NCBI GenBank assembly: GCA_008632985.1
Contig: QPGO01000119.1
Coordinates: forward strand, 62,001 to 126,000
Source: Psammoneis japonica
Lineage: Eukaryota
Length of the DNA: 64,000 nt
Reading direction: 5' to 3'
How positions within the stretch are numbered: the stretch's first letter is position 1; each line of letters begins with the position of its first letter. Made by a program: the position numbers and the translations under genes. The notes under the pieces are model-generated. The model was not told the origin of the DNA. It made no database searches and worked only from the letters and a program-made list of their open reading frames with translations. Shown piece after piece: positions 12,470-22,143 of this stretch.

Positions 12470-15400
12470 CTTTGCACTGCCGAACTTTGATTTGAACTTT
12501 TGATGGGTCATCAAAAAGGTTTGAGATGCCAATATTTTAGAGGCCAGTCTGGAGCAGCATTGCTGCACTGCATTCTCGCTGCAGAACAGCTGATTTCATC
12601 ATGCTGTGCTGTTCTCTCCACTCAATGCCAATGGGAATCCTGGTGCACACTTTGTCCCAACCAGAAAGTGACTTTCTGTGAGCTCAAGGCCAACTTGCCA
12701 CTCGAAACCATGACAAAAGCAAGCTCCAAACTCTCAAGCTCATTGGCAAGTAAATTGAAGGCCCCATCCCTTCCCATCTTGCAATGTTGCACCATCTGAC
12801 ACATTTTGAGTTGGCAGTTGACAACTTCCTGGGAACATTTCCTGGCAATCTCTCATCACTCAAGCAGATTTTCCACCCCATGCTGCAGTGCAAAATGAGC
12901 TTGACTTTGCACCACAAGTGTCCCAGATCATGTCTGCAATTTTATGAAGCTCCTTGCCTTTGACACTCTGGGGCAAATGCAGCATCACATCATGGCAAGA
13001 TTTCCTCATGCTTTGGGGGTGCACTTCTGAGTCAAGGATGTTGGTCTCGTGTTTGAAGCCCCTTGGGCATTGTGCAGCACACATGACATCAATGGAGTCA
13101 AGCTGAGTTGCGTGGGTGCAAGGGAACTTGTTGTCCTGCTGGACACTTTGGGCCAATTTTGGGGAGAAAGAAAAACAGGCCAACAGCCAGCGTGTCTCAT
13201 GTGTGTGACACCCTCTGATGTCGAGCACATTTTGGAAAGCAATGATGTCATGGCACAAGCTCTGTTGAGTGGCCTGACACCATGCAACACCTTCTCCAAC
13301 AATGGGCCTTTTGCCAAGAAGCTTTGTTCCAGCATCTTCCATCTTTGAGTCTGGCAAATCTGTGCAAAACAAGCACCAAGGAGCACTGCACACTGCAAAG
13401 TGCACAACAATGGTCGAGTGATGCACCTTTTCCCCAAAAAGCACACCAGTCTGAAACAAGCCATGGTGTGATGGGCTTCATGGATTTTTGCATGGGTTTG
13501 TGGTGACCAAAGCAGCAAACCACAGAAGTTGGTTGAAACAGCCAGTGGCTTGCCATTCTTCTCAGGATCTCTGAACACACAGGGGGCTGCTTTTTTCTCA
13601 TCTGGAAAGGGGCAGCTCTGTGCACTCTCATTGTGATTGTTCTGCAAGCTTCAACCAGTCAAAGTCACCACAGCAGCAGCAGCAGCAAATGACTCAACAT
13701 CACTCAGCATCGCGCATGGCTCCTTTCACCTTTGTTTCTAATTTGTTGGCCGATCATGCTCCACACCAAGTTTGCAGAGCAAAGCAGTGGCTTTGGAAGC
13801 TCCTTTTTTGAAAGCTGTTGTGGCTTCATTGCTTTGACAAAGATCGAGTGTGTCTTCTTGAGATTCCTTGCATTGTGATGATGACTGACTGGAGAGAAGA
13901 AGATGCTTGATCTTCATCTTGTTGAACTTCTTGCTTGAGGGACAAAAAATTCTGTTTGACCTCCATTGCCAAAATTGTCCATCAATGTTTCAACAACTGA
14001 GCTGTGCAAATGGTGGCTTTGTGACAGCTCTTTTTTTGAAAGGCGCCCGTGCTGCACTGCTGCCTCAACAAAGATCAAGTTTGTTCAAACAGCATCCTCT
14101 CCAGACTTTGTCCTGTTGGCCAACTGGAGAGGAGAAGACAAAATGTGATGAGATCATCTTCATCATGTTGAGCTTCTTGCATGAGGGGCAAATTCTTTCA
14201 CCCAAGCTCCTCTGCCACCAAGTTCATTGTCAACATTTTTGCAGCTGAGTTGCGCACAGTCTTTTGGACAGAAAAGATCTCACATTGGCATGGCTTGAAA
14301 TTGTGCGAAAAATCATGTGGTGTTTTCAAGAGATTTCGAGGAGAAAAATGGAAAAAAGAGATCATCAAGAAGGTTGGACACATTCACAAAATTGTCGCCA
14401 GCCATCTCCTTTTGCACTGATTTTTGCGCAACACCAAAGTTCTTTTTGTCATGCTGTGGAAAGTTTCACAGAACTCTCAGTGCACAATGTGATGTCATCA
14501 TCCTTGTCACATCATGATGTGCGCTGCTGCCAACAAATCTTCACTCTTGGTGCCTTTAAAAGAGACAAGCACTTCAGAAGAAAAATTGACACCTTTTGAA
14601 ATTTCCAGCACCTCCTTTAAAAATTCTGCATTCTGACAAATTCCAAGAGACCACTGTCTGTGCTCAGCACCCAATGATGGAGTGACAGCACCACAATGGT
14701 GCAAATGCCATTCACAGAGTGCAGAGGAGGTGCACGGTCAAACACAAGCTCCTCGCCAAGAGATTCAGCCACGTGCCAGACTGCCTCCATTGCGCTCAAT
14801 GAACGGCATTTGTGCTGCTGTTGTTTTGTTCACATGGTGTGCACAAATGCTGGTGGGGCTGTCTTTTTTTCCACAAACAATGACCCCACTGTGCGATTGA
14901 GCAAAAAAACATGTCTCATTTGTGCGGGAGAGGTGCTTTCTGCAAACATGTGTGAAATTCTGCAGTGCTCAAAGCTCAAAGTTGCTGGATTTTTAAGTTG
15001 TTTGTAAAAGGTGCTGGAAATGTGAAAGGTGCTGACTTTTTGGTGGTTTTTCAAAAGGGGTGCTGATTTTTAAAGGTGCGAATCACAGCGCCATCCGGTG
15101 CCAGCACGACTGCTTTCTTGTTCCAGCCAGCAGAGACCCGTCCACGACGGCTTGCTGGCCATTGATGACAAAGATGAAGCGACCATCATGTGTTTTGTGT
15201 GTGCTGTCGATGTTCGACGTTGCTTGCAACCGAGATGCTCTCTCTCTCTCTCTCTCTCTCAAACTCTCTTCTACAAAATGTGCAAATGATGTTGCATCAA
15301 CGATCGACGACTCCACTGGTGCTGTGCCGACTCCCTCCTCTCGAGCTGATGGCGAGTGCACGGGAAAAAGACACCCAAACGCATTGACGTGCAGACATTG

Positions 15401-15471
15401 TGGATTGATGTTTGCTGGGCCTCATCGCATCGCACTCATCACTCATCACTCATCGCATCAGCATAAAGCCG
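12470..15471. mobile_element. Degenerate repeat-derived block, depleted of TpA and CpG (possibly a non-LTR ORF1-like relic on the minus strand)
   Basis: About 7 TpA in 12540-15010, almost all in TTA/TAA. Dense overlapping Cys/His/Gln-rich ORFs on both strands; abuts the copia insertion. Family assignment is weak. Confidence 0.55.
15238..15260. repeat. (CT)n microsatellite
   Basis: CTCTCTCTCTCTCTCTCTCTCTC read directly. Confidence 0.9.
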
Positions 15472-15476
15472 CAGTC

Positions 15477-15823
15477 TGTGGGAAAGCAGCCAGAATTCTA
15501 AGATTCGTCTGCACTTTCAGTGACCAAAAGCTGCAATTGCGATGCAACAATCAATCAGTGACTTCATTGCACCAAAAGTTGAGAGGTGATGATCAGTGCG
15601 TTAGAAAGATCATGAGCAGTTTTTATGAGCAGATGCAGCTGCCATCTAAAGGAAACGCGAAGTTAAACAAGCGCGAAGCTGGGAACAAACATCGCATTCG
15701 TGACTCGGCTTCCGCGGGATTCGAGACTGAGCATCGCACATGGGGTTCGAATCTTGGATCTCTGATTTGAATCGTGGAGGTCCGATGTTGTTGTAAAAAC
15801 ATGCAAATGTGAGTGTTGTCACA
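15477..15823 (-). repeat. 3' LTR
   Basis: TGTGGGAAAG...TTGTCACA; 16 substitutions versus the 5' LTR; PPT (plus-strand CTCCCTTC) at 15824-15831. Confidence 0.97.
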
Positions 15824-18800
15824 CTCCCTTCAACAATGTCGGGTGGAATGATGACTCGAAAACGTCTTGCCACTTAAGGAGCGATTTCCTGTGTTTAACG
15901 AAGAGATTCTGTGGCAGAGGTTTGGTGAAAATGTCTGCAATCTGATCCGCCGCATCAATTGGTGGGATTGATGTGAGACCTTTGCGAACATGGTCTTTAA
16001 AGTGGTGGAGAGTGAGGTTGAAGTGTTTTGTCCGAGGACGCATCTTGGGCAATCTCGCGATCTCCAATGCTCCAGAATTGTCTTCAAAAGCCTCACAATG
16101 TACGACTGGTGTCTTGGAAGGGACATTATGACCGTGATCCATAAATTCTTGAATGAGGTTCATAATTGGGATGGCGCTTCGAAGACTTTCCGAAAGAGCG
16201 ATAAATTCAGCTTCAGCAGTGCTGAGCGCGATCTGAGTCTGTAGCTTGGACGTCCAGACAATCGGACATCCTGCATGGGTGATGACAAACCCAGTTCGAG
16301 ATTTGGAAGTGCCGACGTCATTGGGTGCAGTCAGCTTATTCCAATTGCCCACAAAGTCCGCGTCGGCGTGAACTTCAAGGGACTTGTCCGTTGAGGGCTG
16401 TGGCACAATGCCTTCAGTTCTGGTTGACCTTAGGTGCTTACAGAGCCACAGTGCGGCTTCACCGTGAGAAACCTTGGGATCGGAAGAAAAGCGTGCGACT
16501 TGGTGCACCGCGCAAGCGACATCCGGTCGAGTGCTCTTCTCCAGAAAATTGAGCTTGCCGATGATGGATCGGCAATGAAAGCTCCCTTGGAAAGCAGGCT
16601 CACTCACATGCCTGTGGAGGATCTTGGAGGAAGGAGCAGGAGCAGACTTGTCTGGCAGTCTCTTTGGAACATTGGCCATCTCCAGCATCTGATTGACAAG
16701 GTGAGGTTGGGCAAGTTTCGTTCTGCCATCTGGCAGTGTCTCGACGTTGACACCGAGATAGTCGTCCAGAGTGCCTTGATCATCAACATCAAAATTCTCA
16801 TCTCTGATGTCCTGTGTCGCCTTGTCAATGGCAGACTTGTCAGGGGATGCAAAGATGCCGTCATCGACATGATGAGTGAAAATGACATTGCCACGAAAAC
16901 ACAGGCACTCATCAACCGCCGATTGTACGAAACCAATCCTTGACAATCCATCACGCAAGTGTTCTTGCCATGCTCTCCCTGCTTGCTTCTGTCCATGTAA
17001 GTTCTTGAGCAACTTCAGAACATGAGTCTTGCCATTGCCACATTTTGTTTCAATTCCTGCAGGCAACTCCATGCACATGTCACATTCGATGTCGGCATGC
17101 GGATGCGCCAGAACGAAGTCGACTTGGCGTGCATGCCACTTCTTAAGAATGGCAATGATCAGCAGGAGCCGGACAGTGAACCAGAAGACCACGGCAGAGC
17201 AGGTCTGGAAGTGGTTGACAGCATGCTCTTGCTTTCCGCCGTGCACATTAAGTCGGGACTTCCATTTGTAGACGGCTTGGGTCTTGATGTCTCTTTTGCG
17301 CTTCATGGACCACACCGAAGGGAGAACATCAACATCGTCAGGTACGTTCTCTCTTGGAATGAGCATCCAATGTTTCCTTTCAACATGATCATTGACCTCC
17401 TTAACACAGGCCTTGACAAATTCGTCTCTGTCAGGTTCACGCACAGCCTGATCAAAGTGCATGGTGTCGGGGTCCGAGCTCGCCAGAAAAGAGACAGGTG
17501 AGTCCATGTCGTCCTGCAGTTTGTAATCATCCTCGTGCATCGCATCACAATGTGCCTCTGCCTCTGCATTGTAGGAGACAATGCCTTGAGCCCGTTGTAG
17601 TTGGCTCTCGCGCATCCTTTCGGTCGGGCGTCGTTGTCGGCCGGACCTGCTGGTGCTGGGCTGACCCACAGTGCGCTGTGGCTCAGATGGTGCGTCAGAA
17701 TCATCTGGAGGCATGTGTGGCATTTCGTCATCCGGTTGGGCATTGTCAAATGAGTCATCAGTGGTGGACGTATCAGTGGGATGCAGCAGCTGAGACGGGA
17801 CATCCGAATTCGGCTCAGGTGGTTCCGTTGTGGTGGGGACTGATCCCTCAACCGGTGCGTCACTTGATTTCCCAAAGATGTTGAAAGCACTCCTTGTCTT
17901 GAGTTGTCTGAAACCTGCAATGCCTTGCCATTGTGAGAATGTAGGAGGATTCCCAGCAGATGGACGAACGGTCTCAAAGAAGTCGTCAAATTGCACGTGA
18001 AATTGCGGCGACACGAGTCCGGTCTGCAAATTCAAAACCAAGGTAACTGAACCTGCGTGTCTTGTTGATGGTCCCAAATTGATTCCTGACCTTGCCCTTG
18101 GGTCCCACTTAGGCAGCCTACCTCCTCCCTGCAACCGATTGTGCAAGGCGTAGACGGGACAGCCGAAGGCATGGTGTTGTTTGAGATTGGGCTGGACCTT
18201 GACGGACGAGAAACGTTCCAGCGGAGAAGAACCGTCCTCGTGATTCGGCAAGTGATTCTTGATCTCGTTTGAGTTCCTGAGAGCGCTTGGCCATAAGTTC
18301 AACTCAACAGCCGTTGGCCATCTCACTTTTGCATGCAGGAGTTGCTTCCGAGATTGCTCTTGGAGGTCCCTTGTTCTTTTCTCCGCGATGCCGTTTTGGA
18401 AGTGGGCGTTGACCCCACAACAGGATGTTGTTTGCTGTTGCTTCTTGACGTCTTGCATGAAAGCATTGTCAGCAAATCTTCCATTGTCGGCGTGGCAGTG
18501 TTGAATGTGGACGTGCATCCGGCGTGCGAATGCCTCGAAAGCGTGCTTGGCTTCGAGCGTCTCGGCTGAGGCAAGTCCTTTCTGCAAATGTGTGCATCCC
18601 AATCCGCTGAAATGATCAACAAAAATTGTCGCTGCTCGATGCCTTTGTTTCGCAGGTCTCCCTTTGAGCTGTGGGATCAATCCAGGAGCAGGACTCTCGA
18701 GCTGGTCGACGGATGCGGCTTCTCCAGGCGAAGTTGCCAAGTGGATTCGTCGGTTCCGCTTGGACTTGGAGCGCCATGGTCGTTTCGTCATGGCACCGTG

Positions 18801-19940
18801 TGGGCAGCCGGCACATTTTGGGTTGTGTGCCTTTGTAAGGCGTTTTGGTAGAATGCCTGGGGCGGCCAACAGCTTTGTCATTTTGAATGACATGTGGCCC
18901 AGGCGGCAATGCCAACGCAATGGTTCACCCTGGTCATCTGTGGCAGCAAGGGCGTCATCATTTGGCATGATGTTGATGGGTTCCGGCAAGTCCTGCTGCA
19001 CCTCCGGTGTCGTGAAATCCCTTGGGTTTTCCTCGTCTGAGTCTGAACGACTTGCTCCGTCTGTTGGCTCAAATGAGACAGGAGCATCCTCATCAGTGGT
19101 GTTGCGTGCGTCTTGCGTCTCGGAAGGACGTGTCTCGGATGGACTTCTGAAGACGTCTGTGTCAATTGCAGCCTCGTCATCATTCGCAATGCTCTCGTCG
19201 TCTGGTGGTATGATGTGAGCTTGACAGGCCACGTGCTCGATAGTTTCGATGTCGGTTTGTTCTTCGACAGCGGCTGCAAAGGTCCGGCATTTGTTGGAAC
19301 CGGGTGCGGAGCGCATCTTGGCGACATTAGAGTTGGCGGACCATGGAATCAGGCGATGGCACTTGCGCTGGTCCCACATCAGCAACAGTCCGTCGTCCCC
19401 AGTCCAAGGTGCGGTTCCGTGAGGCTCTGGCGTGTGGTCATTAGCTTGCTGGCTCCATTGCTGCGGGCAGAGAAGACAATGAGGTAAGTCGGGTGCATAG
19501 AGTGCGTCTCGAATTTTAATGCTGTGCACTTGTCCCATGTCGTCCTCAATTGCCCACTGCACTGTTCCTTCTCCCTCAGCACGCAAGTGGCCCTTGACAC
19601 CGAGTGCCACTTTGTTGGATTTGCGAAGAGGACCAATGAAGTGTGCCTCGTCGTTGGACATGGTGCAGGAAGAATGCGAGTCGACACCGATTGCGAATGA
19701 GTCCGAATCGTAAGTGGGCTCCGTTCGCTCGGGACGGTGTGGTGTGGTTGAGTTGTACGCTCCAACCGTCTTGCATCGCGTAATGACACAGTGAGCCTTC
19801 TTGGTGGCCACTCTGGAGCGGTGACCTGGCCTCGTCGACGTATGACACCGTGCGCAGCACCCTCGTCGTTGGCCGTCGCTGGTGAGTCTTAACTCGTCTT
19901 GTGCCTGGTTCAGCCAGGATGTGTGAGATGACCCACTCAC
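15819..19940 (-). CDS. Copia pol polyprotein (protease, integrase, reverse transcriptase, RNase H); frame open but probably inactivated by missense changes
   Basis: IGVDSHSS (PR); WHCRLGH...C..C (GAG-pre-integrase/zinc finger); VDQLES, HADNG, QNGIAEK (DDE); RQVDF, KNLHGQKQAG, HVDDGI (RT); HADADF, STAEAEF, EDNSGA, ADIFTKPL (RH). Confidence 0.95.
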   Translation of the reverse strand: MSGSSHTSWLNQAQDELRLTSDGQRRGCCARCHTSTRPGHRSRVATKKAHCVITRCKTVGAYNSTTPHRPERTEPTYDSDSFAIGVDSHSSCTMSNDEAHFIGPLRKSNKVALGVKGHLRAEGEGTVQWAIEDDMGQVHSIKIRDALYAPDLPHCLLCPQQWSQQANDHTPEPHGTAPWTGDDGLLLMWDQRKCHRLIPWSANSNVAKMRSAPGSNKCRTFAAAVEEQTDIETIEHVACQAHIIPPDDESIANDDEAAIDTDVFRSPSETRPSETQDARNTTDEDAPVSFEPTDGASRSDSDEENPRDFTTPEVQQDLPEPINIMPNDDALAATDDQGEPLRWHCRLGHMSFKMTKLLAAPGILPKRLTKAHNPKCAGCPHGAMTKRPWRSKSKRNRRIHLATSPGEAASVDQLESPAPGLIPQLKGRPAKQRHRAATIFVDHFSGLGCTHLQKGLASAETLEAKHAFEAFARRMHVHIQHCHADNGRFADNAFMQDVKKQQQTTSCCGVNAHFQNGIAEKRTRDLQEQSRKQLLHAKVRWPTAVELNLWPSALRNSNEIKNHLPNHEDGSSPLERFSSVKVQPNLKQHHAFGCPVYALHNRLQGGGRLPKWDPRARSGINLGPSTRHAGSVTLVLNLQTGLVSPQFHVQFDDFFETVRPSAGNPPTFSQWQGIAGFRQLKTRSAFNIFGKSSDAPVEGSVPTTTEPPEPNSDVPSQLLHPTDTSTTDDSFDNAQPDDEMPHMPPDDSDAPSEPQRTVGQPSTSRSGRQRRPTERMRESQLQRAQGIVSYNAEAEAHCDAMHEDDYKLQDDMDSPVSFLASSDPDTMHFDQAVREPDRDEFVKACVKEVNDHVERKHWMLIPRENVPDDVDVLPSVWSMKRKRDIKTQAVYKWKSRLNVHGGKQEHAVNHFQTCSAVVFWFTVRLLLIIAILKKWHARQVDFVLAHPHADIECDMCMELPAGIETKCGNGKTHVLKLLKNLHGQKQAGRAWQEHLRDGLSRIGFVQSAVDECLCFRGNVIFTHHVDDGIFASPDKSAIDKATQDIRDENFDVDDQGTLDDYLGVNVETLPDGRTKLAQPHLVNQMLEMANVPKRLPDKSAPAPSSKILHRHVSEPAFQGSFHCRSIIGKLNFLEKSTRPDVACAVHQVARFSSDPKVSHGEAALWLCKHLRSTRTEGIVPQPSTDKSLEVHADADFVGNWNKLTAPNDVGTSKSRTGFVITHAGCPIVWTSKLQTQIALSTAEAEFIALSESLRSAIPIMNLIQEFMDHGHNVPSKTPVVHCEAFEDNSGALEIARLPKMRPRTKHFNLTLHHFKDHVRKGLTSIPPIDAADQIADIFTKPLPQNLFVKHRKSLLKWQDVFESSFHPTLLKGV

Positions 19941-20127
19941 CCAGCGTCATTGCGGCATGTGACAGGCGCTTACACTTTTCTGAAGGAAGGGACAGCATCA
20001 TGAACAGCAGTGTGATCCAGATCGGTGCTGCACATTTCATGACGCCAGCGACCGCCATCAGGAGCACTGACACAGTGACAGCCATCTGCAAGGACAGCAG
20101 CAGTGTCAGAGTGAACCTGCAGAGCAG

Positions 20128-21633
20128 TCACTCTTGATCCACTTCGTTTAGGATGGTGGAGATAGCACTTGCGAAGGAGACTTTCTTGTCCGACGTGTCT
20201 GTGGATGGAGCAGACTGTTGCTTGCGGAGTCTACAGCCTTGGTTGCCCGGATCATCAGGTGAGTGTATGACCCAAGCAGTGTGACATGGGCACCAGTGAC
20301 AGTCGCGATTGTTGACGTGCTTGTGACAGTGCTGATGACCGTTCACTGTCTTCTTAGGAGCGTCCTCCTTGGGGCGGGACTTTCTTCCAGGCTTCGTCCG
20401 CTTTCTGTCTCTGACGTGGAGTGGTCTTGGTCTTCCTTGACCGTGTGCTTCGTTCCTTGGTTGAACCAGCCTTGGCCTTCAAAGCTTTAGACAGCTGAAG
20501 GTTCTGATCCTTGATGGAGTCTACCTTGGCTGTAAGCGCGACGATTTGCTCTTCAGCCGGTGACAGTGCTCCCCACTTCTTCTCGCGCTTGAGGTTAGTG
20601 TGTTTGTTCAGTGCCAACGTCATGATTTGCGTCGGCGTGAATTCCTCACCGTCGTCGCACCTGTCCTTGTGTGACATGATGTGCTTGACGAATGCTTCGT
20701 CAGCAGCTGCGGCGCATCCTTTGAATGGGTTCATGACAAGGTCGTCGCACTGCTCTCCTCTAGCTTGGAGTCCGTCAACGTTGAGCTTGGCGCACTTGTT
20801 GAACTCTTCGATGTCCGAGTTGACAGCCGCCATGTGCGCATCCAGGCTTGACAAGTTCTCGCGGAAGTAGTTGGTGGTGGAGCGTGTGTCAACGATGGCC
20901 TTTTGCGTAAGTGGCTTGAAGAATAGTGTGCCGATTTGATTTCCATTGATCGCATGGGAATCTATCTCAGCCAACATCTTGTCTCTTGCTTCTTCTGTAA
21001 GGGATTGAGAGATCGCCTCAGCCATCTGCACATTGTTCTGTGCTTGTCGCGTAGGCAGATTCGCGAAGGTGTTCGCGTGGGTTCTGACATCCTGTAGAGT
21101 GAGCAGTCCGTACTCGGAGATAAGATCTCGTGGAGTTCCATTCGCGTCGGGAATGGCAAGCATGTCTCCTGCCCCTGTTTTCCATCCTGCCTCGGCAGCT
21201 CGTTGACTGAGTGTCTCACAAAACCGTTTGAGACCTTCTGAATCGCCGTTAAACTCGTGTGGCAGCGGTGCAGCAGCGGCGTTCCAAAGCTTGAGGCCTT
21301 GCGATGTGCCGCAGTCGATGAAGTTGTTGGGACGGTGTTGACCTGGAGTCAACGCGAAGATCGGCAGTGGTGGCACAGGTGCCAATGGTGGTCCACCTGG
21401 CGGGACTCCACCTGGTGGGACTCCACCTCCGCCTCCTCCTCCACCTCCTCCACCACCTCCTCCTGGAGGTACACCGGGAGGAACGACTGGGGAGGTACAG
21501 GAGCAACTGGAGCGGCTGCAGGAGCAGGTGCTGTTGCCGGAGCAGCAGCAGTGGCAGGAGCTGCAGCGGGTGCAGCAGCGGGAGCTGCAACAGAGGCAGC
21601 TAGAGCAGCCGCGGTTCGTGTCTGCGTGACCAT
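20128..21633 (-). CDS. Copia gag, in three frames (21349-21633, 20354-21385, 20128-20346)
   Basis: ATG 21633, 75 bp from the 5' LTR, with an Ala/Pro-rich N-terminus; FALTPG...LISEYG.LT...RQAQNN..M; ALTAKV coiled coil; WCPCHTAWVIH...C knuckle-like motif; ends DQE-TGA. Confidence 0.85.
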
Positions 21634-21707
21634 GGTAACAGCAGAGTAAAATAGAATCGAGAGCTTAAGATCGATTGACTTAACTTGTAGGTTTCGCAGA
21701 GGAAGCG

Positions 21708-22054
21708 TGTGGGAAAGTAGCCAGAATTCTAAGACTCGTCTGCACTTTCAGTGATTAAAAGCTGCAATTGCGATACAACAATCAATCAGTAACTTTATTG
21801 TACCAAAAGTTGAGAGGTGACAATCAGTACGTTAGAAAGATTATGAGCAGTTTTTATGAGCAGATGCAGCTGCCATCTAAAGGAAACGCGAAGTTAAACA
21901 AGCGCGAAGCTAGGAACAAACATCGCATTCGTGACTCGGCTTCCGCGGGATTCGAGACTGAGCATCGCACATGGGGTTCGAATCTTGGATCTCTGATTTG
22001 AATCGTGGAGGTCCGATGTTGTTGTAAAAACATGCAAATATGAATATTGTCACA
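21708..22054 (-). repeat. 5' LTR
   Basis: Colinear 347-bp copy of 15477-15823, followed by the CAGTC TSD. Confidence 0.97.
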
Positions 22055-22143
22055 CAGTCCTCCGATCTCTGATCACCGAACTAATTATTGTTCTGCCACA
22101 TCTTCGAACTGCTCCTGCGGCACAGATAAACCTGCGAAACACC

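Larger units (their letters stand above)
15477..22054 (-). mobile_element. Full-length Ty1/copia LTR retrotransposon (diatom CoDi-like), 6578 bp
   Basis: Two 347-bp TG...CA LTRs; 5-bp TSD CAGTC at 15472-15476 and 22055-22059; polypurine tract GAAGGGAG before the 3' LTR; gag, then PR-IN-RT-RH order. Confidence 0.97.

Noticed and set aside
12500..15400. Many 60-230 aa Cys/His/Gln-rich ORFs on both strands here and in the other TpA-depleted blocks
   Set aside because: Expected by-product of losing TAA/TAG stops and of TG/CA excess; overlapping in all frames with no domain structure.
15819..19940. Alternative genetic code or RNA editing restoring Tyr in pol
   Set aside because: Non-coding LTRs show the same changes and neighbouring host genes use Tyr codons normally.
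15477..22054. Classical RIP (CpA>TpA) acting on the 5' LTR as the cause of the LTR differences
   Set aside because: Conserved Tyr codons and the pol stop show TA is ancestral, and repeats here are TpA-poor rather than TpA-rich.
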